Assembly: GCA_947457395.1 (NCBI GenBank)
Contig: CANGVA010000008.1
Coordinates: forward strand, 32,629 to 96,628
Source: Bacteroidota bacterium
GTDB taxonomy: Bacteria > Bacteroidota > Bacteroidia > UKL13-3
Reading direction: 5' to 3'
Length of the DNA: 64,000 bases
The notes under the pieces were generated by a model. The model was not told the DNA's origin and made no database searches. It worked only from the letters and a program-made list of their open reading frames with translations. The position numbers and the translations under genes are program-made. Positions 9,539 to 19,820 of this stretch are shown one piece after another. Positions within the stretch are counted from its first letter, which is position 1, and each line of letters begins with the position of its first letter.

Positions 9539-10906
9539 TTATCTGGGAGTAGCATTTTCCAGGCTGATTTGTTCGTCACCTTTTTGATAAGGCACGTACG
9601 TTACAATTAACTGAAACATTTCATCTGTGGTTCTCATGCTTCCATTTCTTTCCCTAATTTCCTGAGGGGGATGAAATGGATTGTTGGGATTGGCGGTAGT
9701 GTTATCATATACTCCTTCTACAAATATCTTTGTGCCTCTTGGTAAATGAAGTAGTTTTTTGAATTGATAAAAATATTGCCATCTGAAATCCCAATTATGA
9801 ATACGAATCAGCGGCACGGTATCTCCGCTTGGTTTAATGGCATATACCAGATAACTCTTACCAATCAAATGCATATGCGGGACGATGCTGATAAGTGAGA
9901 GGTCTTCCGGCAAGATGGTTTTGATACGAAATGTTTTTACGCTACCTGCAGGAATAATCAATTCCGGCTCAACCGGGGCAATACCCAAGGTGCCCAATTG
10001 GAATTCAGCAACCGGTCGGGAAGGGGGAGTTGCGCTAAAATATATTTTGTAATATGAGGAGTCAACTGCATCAACCGGTGAAGGGCCATAATGCATATCG
10101 TTTAAGTAAAATACATTTTTCTTTTTTAGTTTATAACCACCAATTTCTTTGGGATAAAAGCTAAACAATGCTCCCGGGAGGTAATTGCTTACACTTGGTG
10201 TCATAGGGGCATAACTGTCATCGTCCTGAAGCAGCCCAAGTTGATTATGTATGGTTTGACTGTTAGCCTGGTCCTGGTTGATATAATATGCACCCTCATG
10301 AAGGTTTTTCTTCTTGCCCTCATCATATTGTATCAGGTGCGTGTTAACATGGTGAACTAACTTTTTATTACCGGGCACAAATTCTATAGCGCGTACATAG
10401 GTGTCTTGAGGTAGTTCAAAAGGAATTTTCATAACAAGGAATAAATCCTTGTTATTCCCTTTAATCTTAATCTTAGGAACATTCACAATCAAATCGGGTT
10501 CGCCCAGTTGTACATATTGCTTTACAGATTCAATGGTATAAGTTTTCAGGCTATCGCCAACAGGCATACCTGAATCAACCCATTTCTCAATCAGTTTTAT
10601 TTCATCATCGGATAGCACCATTTCATTGGCAAAATGGCTATAGGTTGGATCGGCAGGCCATGGTGGCATCAGTCGTTCCTTCACCATATATTTAATTAGC
10701 TTAGCTTTCTTTGCAACATCCTGATAAGTAATCAGGCTAAATGGGGCAGCCTCTTCCGGCATATGGCATTTGCTACAATATTTATGAATCACAGGGGCCA
10801 CATGCTCTGAGAAGGTAATATCCTCCTTCTCACTTTTGTGTGAACCTGTATTGCAAGCTGAAACGCAAATTGATAATATTATCAGAATACTTATTCTATA
10901 AAACAT
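9539..10906 (-). CDS. Lipoprotein with c-type heme motif fused to a copper type II (PHM/DBH-like) monooxygenase domain
   Basis: Lipobox VSAC; CxxCH (CSKCH); 'MPPW'; 'VHH', 'MHY', 'PHMH', 'WDFRWQ', 'DEM' match PHM CuH/CuM ligand spacing. Confidence 0.7.
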   Translation of the reverse strand: MFYRISILIILSICVSACNTGSHKSEKEDITFSEHVAPVIHKYCSKCHMPEEAAPFSLITYQDVAKKAKLIKYMVKERLMPPWPADPTYSHFANEMVLSDDEIKLIEKWVDSGMPVGDSLKTYTIESVKQYVQLGEPDLIVNVPKIKIKGNNKDLFLVMKIPFELPQDTYVRAIEFVPGNKKLVHHVNTHLIQYDEGKKKNLHEGAYYINQDQANSQTIHNQLGLLQDDDSYAPMTPSVSNYLPGALFSFYPKEIGGYKLKKKNVFYLNDMHYGPSPVDAVDSSYYKIYFSATPPSRPVAEFQLGTLGIAPVEPELIIPAGSVKTFRIKTILPEDLSLISIVPHMHLIGKSYLVYAIKPSGDTVPLIRIHNWDFRWQYFYQFKKLLHLPRGTKIFVEGVYDNTTANPNNPFHPPQEIRERNGSMRTTDEMFQLIVTYVPYQKGDEQISLENATPR

Positions 10907-11436
10907 CCTATTGCTTTTGTTTTTTTAACTTGTATGGGTTTGTTAAGAACAAGGGCTGACATTGCATCCTTTAAATCATGTGCTGTTATTACACTTCTTT
11001 TTTTGCCAAGCTCATACGCCCAGTTATCAATTCTTCCGGCATATCTCAACTGCTCGCTGTTATCTATAACAAATACCTCAGGTGTAATTCGGGCTTTAAA
11101 ATACCCTGCTAGTTTCCCTTGTCTGTCCATATATACAGGAAAGGAAATTTGATAGTTTTCTTTATAGGAACGGACTTCTTCGGGCCTAAAATCATTGCCT
11201 GGTATCACGCCAATCATTTGCACACCTTTGCTGCTAAATTCTTTGTTTAGATTGTTTAAAGTAAGCGAGTAGCTTTGGCACAGCGGGCATTCAGGTGAAA
11301 GAAAAATAAAAACAGTTGCTTTGTTTTTTTCTGATGGTTTCAGGATAACAGGCTTACCTTCAATAGTAGTTAGGGCATCTTTGGGGAAGACTCCGTTAAG
11401 CATAAAGCCAGTAAGTAGTATGAGCAGTGTTTTCAT
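10891..11436 (-). CDS. Exported redoxin (AhpC/TSA-like thioredoxin fold)
   Basis: Signal peptide; CPLC; 'TPEVFV', 'YAGRID'; C-terminal 'IGC'. Confidence 0.85.
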   Translation of the reverse strand: MKTLLILLTGFMLNGVFPKDALTTIEGKPVILKPSEKNKATVFIFLSPECPLCQSYSLTLNNLNKEFSSKGVQMIGVIPGNDFRPEEVRSYKENYQISFPVYMDRQGKLAGYFKARITPEVFVIDNSEQLRYAGRIDNWAYELGKKRSVITAHDLKDAMSALVLNKPIQVKKTKAIGCFIE

Positions 11437-11507
11437 ACCATGCAAATATGATAAAACTATTTTGTATCTCTGTGTGTCTTTACCTGTAAAATATATTAAA
11501 TGTAATA

Positions 11508-12176
11508 ATGGTCTTAAGGAATCAAATACTGCTGTTGTTTGTTACGTTCATATGGCAGTTCTCTTGTTCGCAACCATCTAATCCTAGCCAGACAAATACT
11601 GTTCAAATGACAAACGCAGATATAAATCAACAAATAGATACCGCTGTATTTGGTGGCGGTTGCTTCTGGTGTGTGGAAGCAGTTTATCTTCAACTAGAGG
11701 GAGTGGTCAAGGTTGAATCGGGGTATAGTGGCGGGGATGTTAAAAATCCTACCTATCGCGAAGTGTGTTATGGTAAAACAGGTCATGCCGAAGTGGTACG
11801 CATCTTCTATCATCCGCATGAAATAAGTTATAAAGATTTATTACAGGCATTTTTTCTGAGTCATGATCCAACTACCTTAAACAGGCAGGGAAATGATATT
11901 GGTACACAATATCGATCTGTAATTTATTATTCTAACAAGCAGCAATTAGATGAAGCGGTTGCTGTAATTAATCAATTAAACTTGTCTGGAGCATTTAGCA
12001 GTAAAATTGTTACGGAAGTTTCACCGCTGGCTGAATTTTATGTTGCAGAAGATTACCATCAGAATTATTATAACCTGAACAAAGAGGAACCTTACTGCCA
12101 GTTTGTAATTAGGCCCAAACTTGAAAAATTTGAAAAGGTTTTTAAGAGTAAGTTAAAGAAGAAGACAGCTGAGTAA
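11508..12176 (+). CDS. msrA: Peptide-methionine (S)-S-oxide reductase with N-terminal export/lipoprotein signal
   Basis: GGGCFWCVE, 'HDPTTLNRQGND', 'AEDYHQNY'. Confidence 0.95.
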   Translation: MVLRNQILLLFVTFIWQFSCSQPSNPSQTNTVQMTNADINQQIDTAVFGGGCFWCVEAVYLQLEGVVKVESGYSGGDVKNPTYREVCYGKTGHAEVVRIFYHPHEISYKDLLQAFFLSHDPTTLNRQGNDIGTQYRSVIYYSNKQQLDEAVAVINQLNLSGAFSSKIVTEVSPLAEFYVAEDYHQNYYNLNKEEPYCQFVIRPKLEKFEKVFKSKLKKKTAE

Positions 12177-12179
12177 AGC

Positions 12180-13136
12180 TTAAAAAACTTTACTCGCTAT
12201 TGCCTTGGTTGTTTCACTTAAGCCCATGGTGTAATAGTGCAGTACAGGTACACCTATGTTTTTAAGTTCAATGGATTGTTGAATGGCCCATTCTATGCCA
12301 ACCTGTTTTACAGCCTTATCATCTTTACATTTCTCAACAGCCTCTACTAATTCTTCGGGTAAATCAATATGAAATATTTTAGGCAGGGCTGTTAATTGTT
12401 TTCTTGTAGTGAGCGGTTTAATGCCGGGTATAATGGGAATATTAATTCCCATCTCGCGACATTTAGTTACAAAATCAGTATATTTCTGATTGTTAAAAAA
12501 CATTTGGGTTACGATGTAGTTTGCACCAGCATCGACCTTTGCCTTGAGCCATTTTAAATCACTCATCATATTCGGTGCTTCAAAATGTTTTTCAGGGTAG
12601 CCAGATACACCAATACAGAAGTTTGTTGGGGTAGCATTTTCCAGTTCTTCATCCAGATAACGACCACTATTCATAATGGTAACCTGTTCAAGCAGTTCAA
12701 GAGAGTTTTTATTTCCATCAGGCTCAGGTACAAAACTGGGTTCGTTTTTAATGCCATCACCGCGCAAAGCCAATACATTTTGTATGCCTAAGAAATTAAG
12801 GTCTATCAATGCATTTTCTGTTTCCTCTTTGTTAAAGCCACCGCAAATCAGATGTGGAACAGCTTCCACTTTGTATCGGTTCATAATTGCAGCACAAATA
12901 GCAACTGTGCCGGGTCGTTTACGTGTATACACCTTATCAAAACCACCATCTTTTCTTTTACGTAAAATGTATTCTTCTCTATGATAGGTTACATCAATAA
13001 AAGCAGGCTTAAACTCCATTAACGGGTCTATGCCATCATACAATGATTTAATATCTTTACCCTTTAGCGGAGGTAAAATCTCTATGGAGAAAAGCGTTTC
13101 TTTTTTATGCTGATTTAAAATATCGGTTAGCTTCAT
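12180..13136 (-). CDS. metF: Methylenetetrahydrofolate reductase
   Basis: 'SIEILPP', 'PHLICGG', 'LALRGD', 'GYPEKH', 'TQMFF'. Confidence 0.93.
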   Translation of the reverse strand: MKLTDILNQHKKETLFSIEILPPLKGKDIKSLYDGIDPLMEFKPAFIDVTYHREEYILRKRKDGGFDKVYTRKRPGTVAICAAIMNRYKVEAVPHLICGGFNKEETENALIDLNFLGIQNVLALRGDGIKNEPSFVPEPDGNKNSLELLEQVTIMNSGRYLDEELENATPTNFCIGVSGYPEKHFEAPNMMSDLKWLKAKVDAGANYIVTQMFFNNQKYTDFVTKCREMGINIPIIPGIKPLTTRKQLTALPKIFHIDLPEELVEAVEKCKDDKAVKQVGIEWAIQQSIELKNIGVPVLHYYTMGLSETTKAIASKVF

Positions 13137-13144
13137 AAGGACGG

Positions 13145-13152
13145 CAAAAGTA
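13145..13152 (-). promoter_or_regulatory. Bacteroidota sigma-A -7 element for metF
   Basis: TACTTTTG on minus strand (TAnnTTTG consensus), 8 nt before the ATG. Confidence 0.6.
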
Positions 13153-13183
13153 ATGAACTTGTCTGGTTCTGAAACGAATTAGT

Positions 13184-14131
13184 TTAAAATAAAAATGAGC
13201 ATCCAATATAGGGAATAAACATATCGGTTTTAGAGCTCTTGGTTTTATAGCTGATTCTATTGTTTGCATCAAATGTTACGGACTCAGGATCTATATAGGT
13301 GGCGTTGCCCCCATATTGATAATTCAGTTTAAGTTCAAATCTAAAGTGATGCCCATTGGAGAATCCTAAACCTCCGCCAAACCCATAATATCCTACCGTA
13401 GAAGCCTCTAAAGTTCTAGATGCATTGTCGGTTGTAATATTTCCCGGAAAACCTGGTCGAGGAGTTCTGGTTATGGTTACATTATTAGAGCCATTAAAAA
13501 ATCTAAAACCTGCACTGTATTCAATAAAAGGATAGAATTTGTAGCTCAAAAATTCACACCTCCCGGACAGCCCTATGCCAAGTGCTCCGGAAGATACCCT
13601 TGATTCTATGTCATTCACGTAAAAGGCTTCTGTCTGGCTGTAATTCTCAGTTTTTGCTCCAAACCAAATGTGTTGAACTTCCAAGCCCAGCAGAAAGGGC
13701 CTCACATACTCACCAACCAACAAACTATGAAATGGATTGTATGCTAGTCTAGCCGATATACCATAGCCCCAATTATTGCTTATTTCCTTGAATTCCCCAT
13801 GAGGCAGGCCTAGAATACCGCCAAGGTTAAGAATTACATTGTTCTTAAGCGGTTCAGGGCTTGAAGTTTCGGTATTAGAAATGGAGGCTCCGGCAGCAGG
13901 TGTGGTATTTGCAGGTGCTGAATTTGCAGGAGTAGGTGTAACGCTAGCAGGAGCAGGTTTGGTTGGAGTAGGATTGGCAGGATTGGCATTGCTGCGATTT
14001 GGGGCAGGTGTTGTTGTTCTATTGGCTGGCTTGTTTGCCCCCGGGTTTTTACTTGCCGGTTTTATCCTTGGGTTTTGGGCATTAATACATATTACACTGA
14101 AAATAAGAAAAGTAAGGATAAATATTCTCAT
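13184..14131 (-). CDS. Hypothetical outer-membrane beta-barrel protein with Pro/Ala/Thr/Asn-rich N-terminal linker
   Basis: Signal peptide, low-complexity PAT stretch, alternating Gly/aromatic strands, terminal Phe. Confidence 0.6.
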   Translation of the reverse strand: MRIFILTFLIFSVICINAQNPRIKPASKNPGANKPANRTTTPAPNRSNANPANPTPTKPAPASVTPTPANSAPANTTPAAGASISNTETSSPEPLKNNVILNLGGILGLPHGEFKEISNNWGYGISARLAYNPFHSLLVGEYVRPFLLGLEVQHIWFGAKTENYSQTEAFYVNDIESRVSSGALGIGLSGRCEFLSYKFYPFIEYSAGFRFFNGSNNVTITRTPRPGFPGNITTDNASRTLEASTVGYYGFGGGLGFSNGHHFRFELKLNYQYGGNATYIDPESVTFDANNRISYKTKSSKTDMFIPYIGCSFLF

Positions 14132-14325
14132 ACTAGGTTATGATTGGTTGTCGAATTTAAATAAAAATCGTGCCATTATTATTTATTTCTAAAATTGAAT
14201 AGCTTCAAGGTTATGGTGCCATTTTGACAAGAAACTTGTAAATGGCTTTATTTCTGCAGATAAAAAGCGCTATAGCTATTCATAATAATGTATTATTTTT
14301 ACAGCCCATAAGTCGGAATTATTAA

Positions 14326-17300
14326 ATGATTGGATCAGTATTTAAAGCACTTACAAAGGTTTTTGGAAGCAAGTCGGAGAGAGACCTGAAAGAAATAACC
14401 CCATTTGTAGCAGAAATTAATCAGGCATACGTGAACCTTCGTACGCTTACACATGATGAGTTGCGTGGCAAGACGCTGGCATTCAAAAAGCAAATCAATG
14501 ACTATTTATCTGATATTGATGCTGAGATTAATAACCTTAAGACAAAGACCGATGACGCTGAAATGGATCTTGGTGAGAAAGAAGTTGTTTTTAAGGAAAT
14601 TGATGTATTGCTAAAACAACGCGATGAAGCATTAGAAAAAGTATTGATGGATATTTTGCCGGAGGCATTTGCTGTGGTTAAAGAAACAGCAAGGAGGCTA
14701 ACGGAGGATAAAGAATTGGAAGTAACAGCTACTGATTTTGACAGGGAATTGAGTACCAAAACCAAGCCTAAGAAACCTGTAACTATTAATGGTGACAAGG
14801 CCATTTGGAGCAATAGTTGGGAAGCTGCAGGTAATGTTATAACCTGGAGTATGGTGCATTATGATGTGCAACTGATTGGTGGTATTGTATTGCATCAGGG
14901 TAAGATATCAGAGATGGCAACCGGTGAAGGGAAAACCCTTGTTTCTACTTTGCCTGCATATTTAAATGCACTGGCCGGACAAGGCGTGCATCTGGTAACC
15001 GTTAATGATTATTTGGCACGAAGAGACTGTGAATGGAATGGGCCATTATTTGAATTTCATGGTTTGCGCGTAGATTGTATCGATTACCATCAGCCTAATT
15101 CTGAAGAGCGCAGGAGAGCCTACATGGCAGATATTGTATATGGTACCAATAATGAATTCGGTTTTGATTACCTGCGTGATAATATGAGTCGCGACACATC
15201 AGAACTGGTTCAGCGCAAGCACCACTTTGCCATGGTTGATGAGGTTGACTCTGTTTTGATTGATGATGCCCGCACACCACTCATTATCTCGGGACCTGTA
15301 CCCAAAGGTGATGATCAGCAGTTTTATGCGCTTAAGCCAAGAATTGAGAAACTAGTACAGGCCCAAAAAACATATTTGAATACTGCACTGGCAGATTCCA
15401 AGAAATTGATTGCCTCCGGTAACGAAAAAGACGGTGGCTTTAAGTTGCTTCAGGCATATAGAGGCTTGCCTAAGAGCAGCGCCTTAATTAAGTTCTTGGG
15501 CGAGCAGGGTATGAGAGGCGTATTAAACAAAACTGAAAATTTTTACATGCAGGATCAATCAAAGGAAATGCACAAGGTTGATGCTGATTTGTATTTTGTA
15601 ATAGATGAAAAACATAACAGTGTTGAGTTAACGGATAAAGGAGTTGAGCTGATAACTGCAAATGGAGAGGATCAGCATTTTTTTATTATTCCTGATGTAG
15701 GCAGTGAAATAGCAGAAATAGAAAAATCTAATCTTACGGATGAGGAAAAGCTTAAACTTAAGGACCAACTTATGCTTGATTTCTCTGTTAAATCTGAGCG
15801 TATTCATGCGGTAAACCAGCTATTAAAAGCCTATTGCCTTTATGATAGGGATGTTGAATATATTATTGCGGATGGGAAAGTTAAGATTGTAGATGAGCAA
15901 ACGGGCCGTGTATTGGAAGGCAGAAGATACAGTGATGGTTTACATCAGGCCATTGAAGCAAAAGAGAATGTTAAAGTAGAGGCAGCAACCCAAACCTATG
16001 CTACCATCACTTTACAAAATTATTTCCGCATGTACCATAAACTAGCGGGTATGACCGGAACAGCCGAAACAGAAGCAGGCGAGTTCTGGGAAATATATAA
16101 GCTCGATGTTGTTGTTATTCCTACCAATAGGGCTATATCACGTAAGGATGAGAATGATGTGATTTATAAAACCAAGCGCGAAAAGTACAATGCAGTAATT
16201 GATGAAATTGTAAGACTGATAGAACAGGGCAGGCCGGTGTTGGTTGGAACAACTTCAGTAGAGGTTTCTGAGCTGCTAAGTCGTATGCTTACGCTCAGAA
16301 AAATTAAACACAATGTGTTAAACGCCAAACAACATCAGCGTGAAGCTGATATTGTAGCAGAGGCAGGCCAGAAAAGTGCAGTAACTATTGCGACTAATAT
16401 GGCAGGTCGTGGTACGGATATAAAACTTGGTGCCGGTGTAAAAGAGGCTGGTGGTCTTGCCATAATTGGTACAGAGCGTCATGAGTCACGTAGGGTAGAT
16501 CGTCAGTTGCGCGGGCGCGCAGGTAGGCAGGGCGATCCGGGTTCTTCTAGGTTTTATGTTTCGTTGGAAGATGATCTGATGAGGCTTTTCGGAAGCGAGC
16601 GCATATCATCTATCATGGACAGGCTGGGCATGAAGGAAGGAGAAAATATTGAGCATTCACTTATTACAAAAAACATAGAACGTGCGCAGCGAAAAGTAGA
16701 GCAGAATAATTTTGGTATTCGTAAACGTTTGCTTGAGTATGATGATGTGATGAACTCACAGCGTGAAGTGATTTATACCAAGAGAAGAAATGCATTATAC
16801 GGAGATAAACTCGGGCTTGATATTAATAACATGCTGGCCGACTTAACACATGAGCTGGTAGAAGAATATCAGGATCAGAAAAACTATCATGAGTTTAAAT
16901 TTGAATGTTTGCGTTTGTTTGCCTACGAGCCCTCAATTGATGAAACGCAATTCCTGAATGGTAAAACCGAGCAGGTAGCTGAAGCATTCTTCATTGAACT
17001 TCTTGCGCACTATCAGCACAAGAAAGAAAGTATAGCTAAGGATGCTTTTCCTGTGGTAAATGATTTGTTTAATAACAGAGGTTCTCAAATAGAAAATATT
17101 GCTGTGCCTTTTACAGATGGTATTAGGGGTATGCAAATACCTGTGAACCTAAACAAAGCTTATGAAACGAAGGGTAAAGAGTTGTTTAAAACTTTTGAAA
17201 AATTTGCTACCCTTTGGATAATTGATGATGAGTGGAAAGAAAATCTGCGTGAAATGGATGAGCTAAAGCAGTCGGCACAAAATGCGGTGTTTGAGCAAAA

Positions 17301-17652
17301 AGATCCGTTGCTAATTTATAAACTTGAATCTTTCAACCTATTTAAGGCCATGCTTAGCAGAATAAATAGAGATGTGTTATCGATGCTTTTTAAAGCAACG
17401 ATACCGGTTGAAAGGGGAGAGAATTTGCAGGAAGCAAAGGTTCAGCAACGCAAACAGGAAAGATTGCAAACAAGCAGAACGGATGAACTCGCAGAGGTCC
17501 AAAGAGCTGCTGCACTGGCAGCAGCAGGTCAGACACAGGAAACAGCTAGGCAACAACAGATAAAAGGAGTAATTAAAATTGGGAGAAACGACCCTTGCCC
17601 GTGCGGAAGTGGAAAGAAATATAAAGCTTGCCACGGCAAAGAAGAGGCGTAA
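14326..17652 (+). CDS. secA: Preprotein translocase subunit SecA
   Basis: [12 protein letters not shown], '[10 protein letters not shown]', '[13 protein letters not shown]', SEC-C motif [13 protein letters not shown]. Confidence 0.98.
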   Translation: MIGSVFKALTKVFGSKSERDLKEITPFVAEINQAYVNLRTLTHDELRGKTLAFKKQINDYLSDIDAEINNLKTKTDDAEMDLGEKEVVFKEIDVLLKQRDEALEKVLMDILPEAFAVVKETARRLTEDKELEVTATDFDRELSTKTKPKKPVTINGDKAIWSNSWEAAGNVITWSMVHYDVQLIGGIVLHQGKISEMATGEGKTLVSTLPAYLNALAGQGVHLVTVNDYLARRDCEWNGPLFEFHGLRVDCIDYHQPNSEERRRAYMADIVYGTNNEFGFDYLRDNMSRDTSELVQRKHHFAMVDEVDSVLIDDARTPLIISGPVPKGDDQQFYALKPRIEKLVQAQKTYLNTALADSKKLIASGNEKDGGFKLLQAYRGLPKSSALIKFLGEQGMRGVLNKTENFYMQDQSKEMHKVDADLYFVIDEKHNSVELTDKGVELITANGEDQHFFIIPDVGSEIAEIEKSNLTDEEKLKLKDQLMLDFSVKSERIHAVNQLLKAYCLYDRDVEYIIADGKVKIVDEQTGRVLEGRRYSDGLHQAIEAKENVKVEAATQTYATITLQNYFRMYHKLAGMTGTAETEAGEFWEIYKLDVVVIPTNRAISRKDENDVIYKTKREKYNAVIDEIVRLIEQGRPVLVGTTSVEVSELLSRMLTLRKIKHNVLNAKQHQREADIVAEAGQKSAVTIATNMAGRGTDIKLGAGVKEAGGLAIIGTERHESRRVDRQLRGRAGRQGDPGSSRFYVSLEDDLMRLFGSERISSIMDRLGMKEGENIEHSLITKNIERAQRKVEQNNFGIRKRLLEYDDVMNSQREVIYTKRRNALYGDKLGLDINNMLADLTHELVEEYQDQKNYHEFKFECLRLFAYEPSIDETQFLNGKTEQVAEAFFIELLAHYQHKKESIAKDAFPVVNDLFNNRGSQIENIAVPFTDGIRGMQIPVNLNKAYETKGKELFKTFEKFATLWIIDDEWKENLREMDELKQSAQNAVFEQKDPLLIYKLESFNLFKAMLSRINRDVLSMLFKATIPVERGENLQEAKVQQRKQERLQTSRTDELAEVQRAAALAAAGQTQETARQQQIKGVIKIGRNDPCPCGSGKKYKACHGKEEA

Positions 17653-17667
17653 AGAAAATATTATACT

Positions 17668-18339
17668 ATGGAAACAACTGAAGTATCGACATTGGCAGGT
17701 TTTATTGAGCATACCTTACTCAGGCCTAATTGCAATCAACAGGATATTATCCTACTATGTGAGGAGGCCGTAGAGCACAAGTTTCATGCTGTTTGTGTGC
17801 CCCCTTATTATGTGCAACTGGCAAAGAAAACTATTAAGAAAGCTCCGGTTAAAATTGTAACAGTTGTTGGTTTCCCTATGGGCTACTCAACGGTAGCAGC
17901 CAAAGTTGAAGAAACCAAAAAGGCTATTATATCGGGTGCTGATGAAATAGACATGGTTATGAATATAGCAGCTTTTAAGGCTGGTGATTATGCTGCTGTG
18001 CAAAATGATATACAGGCAGTAATTACAGCTTGTCATCTGCAGAATAAACAATGTAAGGTTATTATTGAGATTGCTTATCTGACCAATGACGAAATTGAAC
18101 ACGCGTGCAGAATATGTGCCGATTGTCAACCTGAATTTGTTAAAACATCCACCGGCTATGCGCCCGGAGGTGCAACAGTTGATTCAGTTGCTTTGATGCG
18201 AAAAGTATTGCCTGCAAAAATTAAAATAAAGGCATCAGGTGGAATTAAGGAGAAGGATTTTGCAGAGCAATTGATTCAGGCAGGTGCATCTAGAATTGGT
18301 ACTTCAGCAGGATTGCATCTGATAGGTGTTGAAGCATAA
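17668..18339 (+). CDS. deoC: Deoxyribose-phosphate aldolase
   Basis: 'EHTLL', 'VGFPMG', 'DEIDMV', 'KTSTG', 'KASGGI', 'RIGTS'. Confidence 0.95.
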   Translation: METTEVSTLAGFIEHTLLRPNCNQQDIILLCEEAVEHKFHAVCVPPYYVQLAKKTIKKAPVKIVTVVGFPMGYSTVAAKVEETKKAIISGADEIDMVMNIAAFKAGDYAAVQNDIQAVITACHLQNKQCKVIIEIAYLTNDEIEHACRICADCQPEFVKTSTGYAPGGATVDSVALMRKVLPAKIKIKASGGIKEKDFAEQLIQAGASRIGTSAGLHLIGVEA

Positions 18340-18342
18340 TTT

Positions 18343-18753
18343 ATGCAGCTAACATCATCATATCGCTCCACTCGGTTTGTTACAATTATTGTTGTGATGT
18401 TTTTAGTAACCAAAAGCTATGGTCAGCAGCAAACACTTGTAATTAGCGATCCTCAGGTAGATACATTGATTCAACGAAACATAGAAGAGAATAAATTGGC
18501 TGATGGTATAGCCGGTTACCGTATTCAGATTTATTCTGCTTCTGATAGGAAAGGTGCAGTTGAAGCCCGTACAAGATTTTTACAGCTGTATCCTGATGCT
18601 GATGCTTATCTTATCTACCAGCAACCTAATTTTCGCGTTAGGGTTGGAGACTTTCGTACCAAACAGGAAGCACACGCATTGTTTAAACTGATGTTGCAGG
18701 AGTTCCCGGAGGTTATTATCGTACCGGATAAAATTAAACTACCCAAATTGTAA
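18343..18753 (+). CDS. SPOR domain-containing exported protein
   Basis: Signal peptide; 'GYRIQI', 'PNFRVRVGDFRT'. Confidence 0.8.
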   Translation: MQLTSSYRSTRFVTIIVVMFLVTKSYGQQQTLVISDPQVDTLIQRNIEENKLADGIAGYRIQIYSASDRKGAVEARTRFLQLYPDADAYLIYQQPNFRVRVGDFRTKQEAHALFKLMLQEFPEVIIVPDKIKLPKL

Positions 18754-18789
18754 TCAGCATAATCAACTTATCATTTACTCTTTATACGT

Positions 18790-19803
18790 ATGAAATTAGT
18801 TACCTATCTTCATCAAAACACAGCCCGCTTGGGGATGCTAAATTATGGTGTAATTGCAGATCTGCAAGCACTTGACAATAGTTTACCTGATAATATGCGC
18901 GATTTTTTAGTTGCAGGTCAGGAGGCTATGCATAAGGCCATGAAACTCGATGCAGACTTGAAGTCGAATAAGATTACTTATACTGCAATTCCTGAAAATA
19001 GTACAACCTTGCTTGCACCAGTTCCGCAACCTACCTCTTGCAGAGATGGATATGCCTTTCGTCAGCATGTTGCTGCTGCTCGCAGAAACAGGGGAGTGCC
19101 TATGATTCCGGAATTTGATCAGTACCCTATATTTTATTTTACAAACCACAATGCAGTTCAAGGACCCGGAGATATTTATTGTATGCCCGATCATTTTAAT
19201 AAGCTCGACTTTGAGCTGGAGGCTGCCATTGTAGTTGGCAAAAAAGGTAGAAATATAAAAGCTGCTGAGGCAGATGCATACATTGCTGGTTATATGATTA
19301 TGAACGATATGAGTGCAAGGACTCTACAAATGGAAGAAATGTTGCTCAACCTGGGCCCTGCTAAAGGTAAAGATTTTTCTACGGTTATTGGACCCTACTT
19401 CGTAACGCCTGATGAACTGGAAGCATATAAGATACCCGCCAAGGCTGGGCATGTTGGTAATAATTATAACCTGAGTATGAAGTGTTGGGTGAATGGTAAA
19501 CTTGTAAGCGAGGGTAATGTTGGAGATATGGACTGGACATTTGCAGAAATACTGGAGCGCTGTGCTTATGGAGTTGATATTTTACCCGGAGACGTTATTG
19601 GGTCTGGAACTGTTGGCACAGGATGTTTCCTTGAGCTTAATGGTACCGGTTTATTAAATGATAAAAACTTTAAACCTCAATGGTTACAAGAGGGTGATGT
19701 GGTGGAAATGGAAATAACCGGCTTGGGTCATTTAACCAATACAATTAAAAAAGAAAACACAGATTTTAGCTTATTGGCTATGAAAAAGCCTGCACAGGTT
19801 TAG
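18790..19803 (+). CDS. Fumarylacetoacetate hydrolase family protein
   Basis: 'LDFELE', 'MNDMSAR', 'KGKDF', 'PGDVIGSGT'. Confidence 0.9.
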   Translation: MKLVTYLHQNTARLGMLNYGVIADLQALDNSLPDNMRDFLVAGQEAMHKAMKLDADLKSNKITYTAIPENSTTLLAPVPQPTSCRDGYAFRQHVAAARRNRGVPMIPEFDQYPIFYFTNHNAVQGPGDIYCMPDHFNKLDFELEAAIVVGKKGRNIKAAEADAYIAGYMIMNDMSARTLQMEEMLLNLGPAKGKDFSTVIGPYFVTPDELEAYKIPAKAGHVGNNYNLSMKCWVNGKLVSEGNVGDMDWTFAEILERCAYGVDILPGDVIGSGTVGTGCFLELNGTGLLNDKNFKPQWLQEGDVVEMEITGLGHLTNTIKKENTDFSLLAMKKPAQV

Positions 19804-19820
19804 CCTTTGGGTTTACCTAA

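Noticed and set aside
13137-13183. SAM riboswitch upstream of metF
   Set aside because: The gap is 47 nt, a promoter element lies right next to the ATG, and no SAM motif is visible.
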